Of a DNA stretch of 64,000 nt, positions 27,656 through 36,972 are shown in pieces. Made by a program: the position numbers and the translations under genes. Within the stretch, counting starts at the first letter, position 1, and each line of letters opens with the position of its first letter. Source of the stretch: Fidelibacterota bacterium UBA6931 (GTDB lineage Bacteria; Fidelibacterota; Marinisomatia; Marinisomatales; S15-B10); NCBI GenBank assembly GCA_002448795.1, contig DKAH01000017.1:54270-118269 (forward strand). The letters are read 5' to 3'. The notes beneath the pieces are model-generated. The model was not told the origin of the DNA and did no database searches. It saw only the letters and a list, made by a program, of their open reading frames with translations.

Positions 27656-30325
27656 TTATCTAACCAGCGTCATCTTTTTGTGATCAATGAATTCGCCAGC
27701 TTTAACACGGTACATATAAACGCCTGAACTAACAAGTTGACCGTGATCATCCGTACCATCCCAGTTCATTACATGGAAACCGGCATTGAGTGTCTCTTTT
27801 GAAAGAGTCCGAACCTTGAAGCCGCGGATGTCATAGATCACAACATCCACCTGCTGCCGTTCCGCAATCTCGAACCGGATCCGTGTGGACGGGTTGAACG
27901 GGTTAGGAAAGTTCTGGTATAGCCTGTAGGTGTACGGTGTGATGTCCTGTTCAACGCCAGCCGTTACCACTCCAAGATCAGCTTCGTCTCTCACCTGGAT
28001 CTTGTAGGTTCCGAAACTAAAGTTGAACACTCCGGCCACATAGTCCACCTGCTGGAACTGCTCCAGTGCCTCTAACTCGGCATCCCCGGCTGGGGTTGCC
28101 ATATCGTCATCCATCAGACATAGACCTTCTGTCTCATCCCATATTGACCAGTCATACTGGTTGATGGAGACAACCATGGGATCTTCCACGGTGACGACAA
28201 CACCTTCGTAGGACTCAACTTCATCAGCGTCCTGCGAAAGATCGGCACTTTTCACAAGGAGGGATGTGATGGTGTGTCCCGAAGAGATTTTCGTCACTTT
28301 AGTCGCTTCGATCATGGTGTTGTTGTCATACTTGAAGTGCCAGGAAGGGTTGTACTCTTCAACTGTCCCAGTCACACTAATGCTGTCGCCTCTTGTGAGG
28401 ACTTCAGTATCATCGTAGTTGAATACGATTCCGTTCCACGGCGCGCTCGTCGCCTGCATGGCGTAACCTCCATACCCAGCGTTATTCTGAGAAGTATCCG
28501 CGGTCACGATACCGTTAACTGTTACTTCACAACCGTCAAAAGGAGAATCGCCGCCGGACCATTTTGTATACTGAAGGTCGTAAATGGTCAGGTTACCCGT
28601 CTTGGTAATATAGCTGTACTGTTGTACTTCTGTATCACTGGGAAGCGTGGCTGACATGGCCGAGTTCTGGCCATCGCCATCATCCGTGGCCTTCACATAG
28701 TAATGAACCCTGGCCCCATCTGTGCTTGTGGCAGGGATGGTTCCTGCATATGTGGTTCCGGATGTGTTTGTCATGGTCACAGATTGATACGAGCCAGCAT
28801 CAACTGCGTAGTAGATCTCTGCTGATGCGATGGTCGAGTTATCGCTGATTGTGACCGTCAGAGTGACGGACGAATCCGGTTTCGGCACGCAGGGTGAACG
28901 GCTGTAGTCCTTGATCACGGGAGGACCACCGCTGATAACAATATCGTCAGGATAGAGCGGCTCGAGCTTATAAGACGTGGAATCACCGTAGCTGCCATAG
29001 TGGTGGTAAACCCACCCTTGGATAGAATCCACTAGTGTGCCTACGGGTGGCCTTCCGTTCTCTTCCTGCCAGTCAGCGATTTCACCCGAATCGTCATCAA
29101 TTTTCACGGAACCAGAGCCGTCATCCACAGCCCATTCACCGTAAGCAAGGTCGTTGGCAGTCACCGTTGCATTCTTCACACGGACCATCACTGTACCCCA
29201 CTGTTCGGCCTCGGTGGGCCATCTGAGGTCGCCAGTGTTCACTACTTCGACAGGCGGTGTGTCCAGTCCCGTATCCAGAATTTCGATGGGCTCTGTAACG
29301 AATAGTTCAGTCATATTTGCCGGACCGGTGGAATATTCAGCGATATATCCCGTTGCCCGGATATGATCCCCTTCGTAGAGTACTGGGAATGCCGTGCTGT
29401 CGGGATCATAGGAAAGAATAGAACTCCACGGTCCGCCATTAACATCCTGATAGATGAACTTCACGCCGGCACCAGCATAGCTGAGTCCTGTGGGCATAGT
29501 GACGATCCCTTCAATGCTTAATGTGTCCCCAGTCATATATGAAATATCTGATTCTTCATCATCACCAGTTTCTATGAGATCACTGTATAGGACCTGCTGT
29601 ACACGCTGAATCCGTGTCATATCAAATTCCACTACGTCATTGGCGAGACGGGGCAGAATCTTGAAATTGTCGTAACTGTAATCGAGAACGCCGACAACTT
29701 CAGCCAGATTATGACCAATGATAGGCGTGTAATAGTAAGCCATTACATCGTCTACTCTGACAATTCCTGAACTGTCGGCCACTGACCACTCACCGTAACC
29801 AAGATCAGCAGAATCGACAGCGACATCAACTATGCGTACCAAGACACCTTCATACTGTTCAGCTGTGGCCGAGCCAGTATTGATTACCGAGGCCAACACA
29901 TCGATGGGTTCCACTTCGTGGCCGCTACTGTGTATAGTCACCGCGGTAACATCAACGATCTGTGTCTTGCCATAGTACTCGTCTACTGTTCCAGTGACAG
30001 AGACGCTATCGCCTCTGGCCAAGGAGTTTGTCGTTGAACCATCTTCTGCCGTAATTGAGAAGGTGTCCCAGCCGTCATGGTTATAGACCATGATTCCACT
30101 CCATGCGGAATCGGCATCCTGAACAAAAAACGTCCGCTTGTTATAACTCCCCCAGAACTCGGCTGTCACAATCCCTGAGATTGTAACAGTTTCTCCATCC
30201 TTAGGAGAATCACCGGAAGCGTCACTGGTTTTCTGAATATCCGCAATAGACGTTTGCGCTACAACCGCGAAGGGTAAAGTCAGTGCTAACGTATACAGGG
30301 ATATTGACTTTAGCATTTTGCTCAT
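27656..30325 (-). CDS. Large secreted surface protein: three copies of a ~210-235 aa double OB-fold-like module (as in the N-terminal part of ExeM/NucH nucleases), an Ig/Fn3-like spacer and a Por/T9SS-type C-terminal domain
   Basis: Signal peptide. The repeated blocks are I.D(I/L)Q...G(E/D)TV.I.GIVT...Q(D)...W.GI..Y...GDS(V/I)SVTGTV.EY...SGH...E.YEGV.V.V...YGEW.V.D.SG.V..DD. The tail is FPNPFNPSTRIRFEI...SGVYMYRV. Confidence 0.75.
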   Translation of the reverse strand: MSKMLKSISLYTLALTLPFAVVAQTSIADIQKTSDASGDSPKDGETVTISGIVTAEFWGSYNKRTFFVQDADSAWSGIMVYNHDGWDTFSITAEDGSTTNSLARGDSVSVTGTVDEYYGKTQIVDVTAVTIHSSGHEVEPIDVLASVINTGSATAEQYEGVLVRIVDVAVDSADLGYGEWSVADSSGIVRVDDVMAYYYTPIIGHNLAEVVGVLDYSYDNFKILPRLANDVVEFDMTRIQRVQQVLYSDLIETGDDEESDISYMTGDTLSIEGIVTMPTGLSYAGAGVKFIYQDVNGGPWSSILSYDPDSTAFPVLYEGDHIRATGYIAEYSTGPANMTELFVTEPIEILDTGLDTPPVEVVNTGDLRWPTEAEQWGTVMVRVKNATVTANDLAYGEWAVDDGSGSVKIDDDSGEIADWQEENGRPPVGTLVDSIQGWVYHHYGSYGDSTSYKLEPLYPDDIVISGGPPVIKDYSRSPCVPKPDSSVTLTVTISDNSTIASAEIYYAVDAGSYQSVTMTNTSGTTYAGTIPATSTDGARVHYYVKATDDGDGQNSAMSATLPSDTEVQQYSYITKTGNLTIYDLQYTKWSGGDSPFDGCEVTVNGIVTADTSQNNAGYGGYAMQATSAPWNGIVFNYDDTEVLTRGDSISVTGTVEEYNPSWHFKYDNNTMIEATKVTKISSGHTITSLLVKSADLSQDADEVESYEGVVVTVEDPMVVSINQYDWSIWDETEGLCLMDDDMATPAGDAELEALEQFQQVDYVAGVFNFSFGTYKIQVRDEADLGVVTAGVEQDITPYTYRLYQNFPNPFNPSTRIRFEIAERQQVDVVIYDIRGFKVRTLSKETLNAGFHVMNWDGTDDHGQLVSSGVYMYRVKAGEFIDHKKMTLVR

Positions 30326-30347
30326 TTTTTGTTGCTCCTTTTTTCTG

Positions 30348-32522
30348 TCATTTGATAATCAGGAATTTCCCTTCCTTGATTTTACCAAAAGAAGAGCTTT
30401 TTTCATCCTGATTTTGTACTGTAAAAAGGTAGAGTCCCGAAGCGAGGGCCTGATCATGTTCGGTGATCAGATCCCAGGCGTGTTCCCCTCCTCCAAAGCT
30501 TGGTGATTTGTGCTGATCAATATTTTCAATATCCGCGCCGGCATAGTTGGGGGAATCGTGTTGAATTACATCCACGAGGTCGCCGGCCAGTGTAAATATT
30601 CTTATTTCCGCCATCCGCGGAAGATTCGTAAACCAGATCATCCGTTCCCTATTGCCGTACCCTTCCCACACGGCCTGACCCCTGTACGGGTTGGGATAAA
30701 CACCTGGCTCGGCTGTCCATTCGTTTGTTGCTGTCTTCGAACCGGGGTAAACATAGATACGGTTGGAATAATATGAACTTTCGAGACTTCCAAGGTTGGC
30801 CTGCGGATCACCCCTGTCGTAGGCAGTGACGGCGTAGTAGTTGAGCCAGCCGTTCTTCACATCGTTGTTTGTAAAACTGTAGTGATAATAACGGCCATTT
30901 ATCTCGACGCTGTCTGGAGCGCCGTACTGATTCTTGATTCTTACCGCATCGAATCCGCTGTTGTAACCGATGTGTCGATAAGCGGAGTCAGCCCGGTCGA
31001 ATTCCGCCAGCAGAGTAAATTCCGCCATTTCATCTCCTGCTGTTTTCCGGGCGCCGTAAATCCGGTACCCTTCAAAATCCTTCTGCCGGCTGACCGGATC
31101 GATAAAGGCCTCAGCGTTATTGGCCCAGAAGACAGTCACCTTCTCATCACCTACATCCACCGTTACATCAGGAACGGGTGGTGGTGCCGGCAGGATATAC
31201 CTGTCAATTTCTCCATCGAAATCAATATCTTCATCTTCGTCGAGTTTGTTATTCCTGTTTTTGTCTTCACCATCGTAAGCCCGCTGCGCCCAATCGCCAT
31301 TAATGTGGAGGTTCGCTCGCCGGGCATGGGAATCTTCGCCGCCGCCGTGCCATCTCGCAGCCACAGTGGCAAAGATGATATTGACTGACTCCCCTGGAGG
31401 GAGCTGCCATTTGGAAGAATCGGCCGTCATTGGTACTGTGCCCAGCGGACCAGCCGACACCATGAAAAGCCAGCTGTTGGCATTGGAAGGATATCCCGCC
31501 TCCGTGTAGCCTTCGCCAGAACCGCGGCGGACAGTAGTACTCAACTGCTTGTACCTTTCGCTGTCGTTCAGCGGCATCCCGAAATCAGGATAATCGGTGT
31601 TTGTGCTCGTGGTCCAGACCCACTGATTGTAATTGGTTCTTAAGTAAGGGCGGCGGACAGTGCTACCCAAAACTTTCAGGCCAATATACGATTCAGCCCA
31701 TCCATCGTCACCATCGAGATCATATTGATAACCGATGTCTCGATTAAAACCGGCACCGTCCACCGATCTATCAAAGCCGTCCAGATTGTCGTACCACGTA
31801 AAGCCACCGCCAGGCTCGTATCTGCTGGTATAATTCATGTTGGCAACAGAAGCATCTGTCCATATTCCGCTGTAGATGTTTTCTATAGTCTCCTCCGATT
31901 CATTTGTAAAAGTATAGTTGAGCAGAACGAAAGCGTCGGCAAATGTGAAATTCCAGGCGTACGCTTCCAGATGGATGGAAATGCCAAGAGGAGTATGGTT
32001 GGGGATGCCGAAATTGTCCAACGTGTTTTCACCGTAATCCTTGAAATCCGTGATAAGGTCTTGATGTGATACCGCGTACGGTGAATAATACTGTGCCATT
32101 GAATCTTGTGAGGTGGAAGAGATGGAAGACTTGATTTCCATACCGGAAGTCGCAACGAGCTCGAACCCTTCCTGTCCCGATTCAAAAACGCCATCCACGA
32201 TAGCGGTAGAAACTCTCCGCTCACCGTTGACAATACCGCCGATCCAGAGCCCCGCGTAGGAGAAATGTTCAACCTGTTCACGCAGATTCTCCGTATGTTG
32301 CTTATACTGACAGGAAGGTAGAATTCTACCGTTGATTCTGTTCCATCCGTTGCCAAGAACCCCAAAGTTGGTGACTGTCATACCCAACTGCCCCACAGAG
32401 GAATATTTGTCAAAAACGTCAGCAGTACCCTGAGACAGAGCCGACTCGGCAAAAATCAGCATGAAAATAATAGTAGAAATCCGAGGTTTTGGCGGAGATA
32501 AAATTTGTATAGACTGCATCAT
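30348..32522 (-). CDS. Secreted hypothetical protein with an acidic Ca-binding-like loop, an Fn3-like domain and a divergent Por/FlgD-Ig-type C-terminal domain
   Basis: Signal peptide; DKNRNNKLDEDEDIDFDGEIDR; VTVFWANNAE..FEGYRIYG. The tail is VYPNPYRG...IRIFTLAGDLV...SGLYLFTV...GKFLIIK. Confidence 0.65.
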   Translation of the reverse strand: MMQSIQILSPPKPRISTIIFMLIFAESALSQGTADVFDKYSSVGQLGMTVTNFGVLGNGWNRINGRILPSCQYKQHTENLREQVEHFSYAGLWIGGIVNGERRVSTAIVDGVFESGQEGFELVATSGMEIKSSISSTSQDSMAQYYSPYAVSHQDLITDFKDYGENTLDNFGIPNHTPLGISIHLEAYAWNFTFADAFVLLNYTFTNESEETIENIYSGIWTDASVANMNYTSRYEPGGGFTWYDNLDGFDRSVDGAGFNRDIGYQYDLDGDDGWAESYIGLKVLGSTVRRPYLRTNYNQWVWTTSTNTDYPDFGMPLNDSERYKQLSTTVRRGSGEGYTEAGYPSNANSWLFMVSAGPLGTVPMTADSSKWQLPPGESVNIIFATVAARWHGGGEDSHARRANLHINGDWAQRAYDGEDKNRNNKLDEDEDIDFDGEIDRYILPAPPPVPDVTVDVGDEKVTVFWANNAEAFIDPVSRQKDFEGYRIYGARKTAGDEMAEFTLLAEFDRADSAYRHIGYNSGFDAVRIKNQYGAPDSVEINGRYYHYSFTNNDVKNGWLNYYAVTAYDRGDPQANLGSLESSYYSNRIYVYPGSKTATNEWTAEPGVYPNPYRGQAVWEGYGNRERMIWFTNLPRMAEIRIFTLAGDLVDVIQHDSPNYAGADIENIDQHKSPSFGGGEHAWDLITEHDQALASGLYLFTVQNQDEKSSSFGKIKEGKFLIIK

Positions 32523-32668
32523 TTGTGCACTTTCTCAATCCATTAAATAATACTCTCACCCAAGCCGATAGAGTAGAAGGAAATTACCAATCGGCAGGAG
32601 AGGAATCAACTTCATTAGCGCCACGTTTCAACTTTGTTCACTGTAGCGGTGTGTGTAGTTTGTAATTC

Positions 32669-33667
32669 ATGGGAATATTCAAACATCTCTTCCTGACGGC
32701 GGTGGTAACCATTGTACTTGGCGCTCCTCAGGAGGTCTCCTACATCCGTTATTTTCAAACGGAGGACGACCTTCTTCGAGGTGTCGAGATGAAACCTGTC
32801 GAGGCAAGGAATGCTCCCCATATTGAAGCGCTCTATAACCACCTTGATCAGTTGGTGAACAAGATCACCTTAGGCAATGATGAAATGATAACTGAGCAGG
32901 AAATGTATGAGTATCGTGAAAACGGTACACTTTGGAAGCGGGTCATTGCCGATGGAGATGGGAACATCAAGCGAATGTTTGTCTATGGAGATGAAGAGAT
33001 GTCCGCTGTTTTCATCAGCCTGGTTTTTCCCCACCGGAACAGCGCCGATTTTGATGAACGGACAACGATCTACGAATACAACAGTGACGGCAGAGTGTGG
33101 CGCTATCAGTTTCTTTCTCTCGATCACACCGCCTTGGGTCAGATCGAATTCGACTTCTTTGAAGAAGGGCTTGTAAAAGAAGAGAGGTGGACCGACCTGC
33201 TGGCTGGGCAGACGGTTCGCCTGTTCACCTACCGGTTCAATCCAATCTCCCGTGACTATACCATGATTGAGCGAGATGTACGGGGTCAGGAAGTAAGTAC
33301 CGTCGGGATCAAACTACCGCAAAATTTTCTCACTTCCGGCACGGCCGGCGGCGTGGAAGAAATCGGGTTTGGAAACCGATTGGAAGAGAGTTCTGAAATT
33401 ATCGAAGATATTCTTTTGAAGAAGGCGGAAGGGTGGAGTCCATCTGATGCAATCGGACATCTTGCAGATCCAAAACTTTTCTCATCTCCCGACCTCATCT
33501 ATATGAAAACAGGAGATATACTTAAGGTAACTCTCATTGCTGTTACGGAGGAATATGTCCGGTTTCTTTTTACTGGCGATCGTGATGTTCTGACCCTTCC
33601 GCTGACTGGCGTCAGTGAGATTGAGCGGCGCGACGGTGAGGTAATTTACCCCGTTATATACCGCTGA
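32669..33667 (+). CDS. Hypothetical secreted/membrane-anchored protein with YD/MORN-like beta-hairpin repeats
   Basis: Hydrophobic N-terminus and repeats such as YEYRENGTLWKRV and YEYNSDGRVWRYQF. No known family was recognised. Confidence 0.5.
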   Translation: MGIFKHLFLTAVVTIVLGAPQEVSYIRYFQTEDDLLRGVEMKPVEARNAPHIEALYNHLDQLVNKITLGNDEMITEQEMYEYRENGTLWKRVIADGDGNIKRMFVYGDEEMSAVFISLVFPHRNSADFDERTTIYEYNSDGRVWRYQFLSLDHTALGQIEFDFFEEGLVKEERWTDLLAGQTVRLFTYRFNPISRDYTMIERDVRGQEVSTVGIKLPQNFLTSGTAGGVEEIGFGNRLEESSEIIEDILLKKAEGWSPSDAIGHLADPKLFSSPDLIYMKTGDILKVTLIAVTEEYVRFLFTGDRDVLTLPLTGVSEIERRDGEVIYPVIYR

Positions 33668-33669
33668 CG

Positions 33670-33697
33670 CCTCCCTTGCCTTAGAAGGCGAGGGAGG
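33670..33697 (+). terminator. Strong hairpin directly after 32669..33667 (terminator or attenuator)
   Basis: An 11-bp stem CCTCCCTTGCC / GGCGAGGGAGG (one G-U pair) with loop TTAGAA. The downstream T-tract is weak. Confidence 0.4.
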
Positions 33698-33714
33698 GTT
33701 ATATTCACTAGGAC

Positions 33715-34476
33715 ATGCGTCACACCTCGGCGGCAATCCTTACTCTCGCGGTCTCTCTTTCAGCGCAGGACTACCCTCCACCAACAAATCTTGTTACCAT
33801 TCCCACTGCCGGCGGCCTTGTCCGTGGAGCATTTTCTGCCCATATGCATATGCAGCGGGAAGGAGGCCTCACGACAGCTCTCGCTGTGGGAATTTCGGAT
33901 CGATTCATGTTCGGGCTCTCCTATGGTGCCAGCAAACTGATCGGTGATGGTGAACCGACCCCCTATCCGCGGCCCGAAGTGATATTCAAATACCGCATTG
34001 TAGATGAATCGATGGTGTTTCCGGGGATCGCCATCGGCATTGATACACAGGGGTTTGGCAATTATAACGAAGCGGATTTCCTCCAGAGATATGATATTAA
34101 AGGTTTTGGCACCTACATCGCAGCAAGCAAGAACTGGAGAACACCCTTGGGAAATCTTGGCGCACACTTGGGAGTTAACCAGAACTTTACAGAAACAACT
34201 GATGGTGACGAAGATATTAACCTATTCACAGGGTTCGACCTTGAGTTCAATCCTGAATTTTCATTCCTCGCTGAATACAACGCCGCCCTGAATCAGAACA
34301 ATATGACAGCCGAATCGATCGCCCTCAGTCGTGGTGGCTATCTGAACGCCGGACTTCGGTGGTCGCTATTTCAAAATTTCCACATTGAGTTCCATTTCAA
34401 GAATCTGCTCTTTGATGAAGAAAAAGTGAGTTACTTTAATCGGGAGCTGAAAGTCAACTATATAGAATATTTCTAG
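33715..34476 (+). CDS. Hypothetical small outer-membrane beta-barrel protein
   Basis: Signal peptide ...SLSAQ, alternating strand pattern and terminal ...NYIEYF. Confidence 0.5.
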   Translation: MRHTSAAILTLAVSLSAQDYPPPTNLVTIPTAGGLVRGAFSAHMHMQREGGLTTALAVGISDRFMFGLSYGASKLIGDGEPTPYPRPEVIFKYRIVDESMVFPGIAIGIDTQGFGNYNEADFLQRYDIKGFGTYIAASKNWRTPLGNLGAHLGVNQNFTETTDGDEDINLFTGFDLEFNPEFSFLAEYNAALNQNNMTAESIALSRGGYLNAGLRWSLFQNFHIEFHFKNLLFDEEKVSYFNRELKVNYIEYF

Positions 34477-34514
34477 GTTGGATTTCGTTCGGTTCCTACC
34501 ACTTCCCACTATTC

Positions 34515-35075
34515 ATGAAAGAACTTACTGAATCGAAACTTAGCTCAAAGCAGGTGTTCAGCGGTCGCCTTCTTGACGTTAGAAGCGATGAAGTGTCTCT
34601 CCCCGATGGCGCTGTTTCTACGAGGGAATATATTCGCCATCCCGGAGCGGTAGTGATCGTCCCTGTTCTCCCCAGCGAGGAGATTCTTCTTATACACCAG
34701 TTTCGGTATCCCATGGGCATATCTGAGATCGAGATTCCTGCTGGAAAGATTGATCAGGGAGAACGACCGGAAGAGACACTTCACCGTGAGTTGAAAGAGG
34801 AGACCGGATACCGGGCGGAACGAACCACATTCCTTACGGAGATTCACCCCTGCATCGGTTACAGTGATGAGAAGATGTGGCTCTATCTCGCTGAGGATTT
34901 AAAGGAGGGCACTTCGGGAGGAGATGAAGATGAGTTCATCGAGTTGATGCCAACGCCCCTGGAGGAGGCGCTGAAGATGATCATGTACGGCCAGATTACC
35001 GATGTGAAAGCGATCATCGGCCTTTTTTGGGTTGACAAAGTACGAAGGGGAGAATGGCAACCGCGGGATCTATAA
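34515..35075 (+). CDS. NUDIX hydrolase (ADP-ribose pyrophosphatase-like)
   Basis: Nudix box GKIDQGERPEETLHRELKEETGY. Confidence 0.85.
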   Translation: MKELTESKLSSKQVFSGRLLDVRSDEVSLPDGAVSTREYIRHPGAVVIVPVLPSEEILLIHQFRYPMGISEIEIPAGKIDQGERPEETLHRELKEETGYRAERTTFLTEIHPCIGYSDEKMWLYLAEDLKEGTSGGDEDEFIELMPTPLEEALKMIMYGQITDVKAIIGLFWVDKVRRGEWQPRDL

Positions 35076-35983
35076 GAGAACTGACGGAAAAGATCCGGCA
35101 TCGAGCCGTTGAACTGGGTTTTCAGAAGGTCGGTTTTGCCGATGCGCTTTACTCACAGAGAGATGAAGCTCGTCTTTTAGAATGGCTTGCACTCGGCTAT
35201 CACGCTACCATGGGGTGGATGTTCAATCGGAAGAATGAAAGAGGGGATATCAAGGAGTACTTTCCAGAAGCTCGATCGGTCGTTGCTGTCGGTATGAATT
35301 ACTTTCATGGTGAAGCGAGCGGCGAAATGAAAATTTCGAATTACGCCTGGGGCGATGACTACCATGATGTCCTAAAAGAAAGACTACGGGAACTCCTAAA
35401 CTTTGTTCAGGAGCAGAGTCCCGGTGTTCGCGGTCTGACATCTGTCGATTCCTCACCTGTAATGGAGAAGTCGTGGGCCCAGCGTGCTGGATTGGGATGG
35501 ATAGGAAAGCACACCAATCTGATCAGTAGAGATTTTGGATCTTGGTTATTTTTGGGAGAACTGATTCTTGATTGCGAACTGGAATTTGATGCCCCCTTTG
35601 AAGAAGATCTGTGTGGCTCATGCACCGCCTGTATCGACGCATGCCCCACCGGTGCCATCGCAGATGAATATCTTCTTGATGCAAACCGATGCATTTCTTA
35701 CCTCACCATTGAACACCGCGGAGATTTGCCTTTCGAATTTGAGGATCAGCTCCATGGCTGGATATACGGTTGTGATATTTGCCAGGAAGTGTGTCCCTGG
35801 AACGAGAAGTTCGCTGTTACTAGCAAGGAGGAAGCCTTTGCGCCACGGAAAGAAATTTTTGAACGGTCAGGCGAGTCTTGGCGTTACCTTTCCGAGGATG
35901 ATTACCAAAAACAATTTAAAGGAAGCGCCGTGAAACGGACCAAGTATAAAGGGCTCAGACGCAACATTGCGGCCAACTTATGA
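35054..35983 (+). CDS. queG: tRNA epoxyqueuosine(34) reductase
   Basis: CGSCTACIDACPTGAI and CDICQEVCPWN ferredoxin motifs in the QueG context. Confidence 0.85.
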   Translation: MATAGSIRELTEKIRHRAVELGFQKVGFADALYSQRDEARLLEWLALGYHATMGWMFNRKNERGDIKEYFPEARSVVAVGMNYFHGEASGEMKISNYAWGDDYHDVLKERLRELLNFVQEQSPGVRGLTSVDSSPVMEKSWAQRAGLGWIGKHTNLISRDFGSWLFLGELILDCELEFDAPFEEDLCGSCTACIDACPTGAIADEYLLDANRCISYLTIEHRGDLPFEFEDQLHGWIYGCDICQEVCPWNEKFAVTSKEEAFAPRKEIFERSGESWRYLSEDDYQKQFKGSAVKRTKYKGLRRNIAANL

Positions 35984-36288
35984 CTAATTGGACGAAACTT
36001 ACTGACTGCCGAAATCTTCCCGTTCAGCAGGGACGAGTTGTCGTTGTGAATGAGAAGCCTATTGCCGTCTTCAATATTGACGGTGAATTTACGGCCATGG
36101 ATAACCGGTGTCCCCACAGGGGAGGCTCGTTGGGCGACGGTGAAATAGAGGGAGAAATTGTCACCTGCCCGTGGCACGGATGGCAGTTCAACTGTCGAAC
36201 CGGGCGTGCGGTAGAGAACAGCTCAATTACTGTGCCGACCTTTCCCGTTGATGTTCGTCCGGATGGGCTTTTTGTGAGGATTGACTGA
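35980..36288 (+). CDS. Rieske (2Fe-2S) domain protein, NirD-like
   Basis: CPHRGGSL ... CPWHGWQF. Confidence 0.8.
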   Translation: MTNWTKLTDCRNLPVQQGRVVVVNEKPIAVFNIDGEFTAMDNRCPHRGGSLGDGEIEGEIVTCPWHGWQFNCRTGRAVENSSITVPTFPVDVRPDGLFVRID

Positions 36289-36967
36289 GATGGAACTGTT
36301 GGAAGACCGGCTCAAGGATTTTACGGGAACCGCACCTATTTTCCCACTGCCGAACGTGGTTTTCTTTCCAAAAACCTTCCTGCCTCTTTATATCTATGAA
36401 CCTCGGTACCGCCAGATGGTCACCGATGCAGAAAACGGTAAAAAGCTGATCTGCATAACCTTACTTAAACCAGGCTGGGAAGAGGACTATGAAGGCACCC
36501 CGCCGATTGAGACAATGGGTACGCTCGGCTACATGGAATTCAAGAATGACCGGTCTGATGGCACCTCTAACATTCTTATTGCCGGGCTCACGAAGGTAAT
36601 CATCAATGAGGTTGAGACGGACGGACCCTATCGCATAGGTGAACTTGAGCCGATTCCCGAGTCAAGAGGGGAGGAAGATATTGAGCTTCTGAAGCAGAAA
36701 GTGTTCAGAGGATTTGAACGAATGTCAGCGGGGAGCGGTTTTCCTAAGATTCCGCAGCAGTTCAGGGAGGCCATCGATTTTGAAATGGCGGTAAACTTTC
36801 TGGCAGCGCATCTTCCTATCGATATGGAGGAGAAACAGAAACTGCTGGAGCTGAAAAATGTTTCGCTTAGAGCGAGAATACTGGTTCAGTTCATGGAAAG
36901 TGGTATAGGAATGGAAGAGATGGGAGGTTTCGGTTCCGTCTCTCCCGGTGATCCAAGAATGAACTGA
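36281..36967 (+). CDS. LON N-terminal substrate-binding domain protein
   Basis: PIFPLPNVVFFPKTFLPLYIYEPRYRQM is typical of the Lon N domain. Confidence 0.75.
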   Translation: MTEMELLEDRLKDFTGTAPIFPLPNVVFFPKTFLPLYIYEPRYRQMVTDAENGKKLICITLLKPGWEEDYEGTPPIETMGTLGYMEFKNDRSDGTSNILIAGLTKVIINEVETDGPYRIGELEPIPESRGEEDIELLKQKVFRGFERMSAGSGFPKIPQQFREAIDFEMAVNFLAAHLPIDMEEKQKLLELKNVSLRARILVQFMESGIGMEEMGGFGSVSPGDPRMN

Positions 36968-36972
36968 CCCCC

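Noticed and set aside
31883-32365. 160-aa alternative-frame ORF within the 724-aa gene
   Set aside because: It is on the same strand as the 724-aa gene but in another frame, and is fully nested in a long ORF with a signal peptide and CTD. Nothing supports dual coding.
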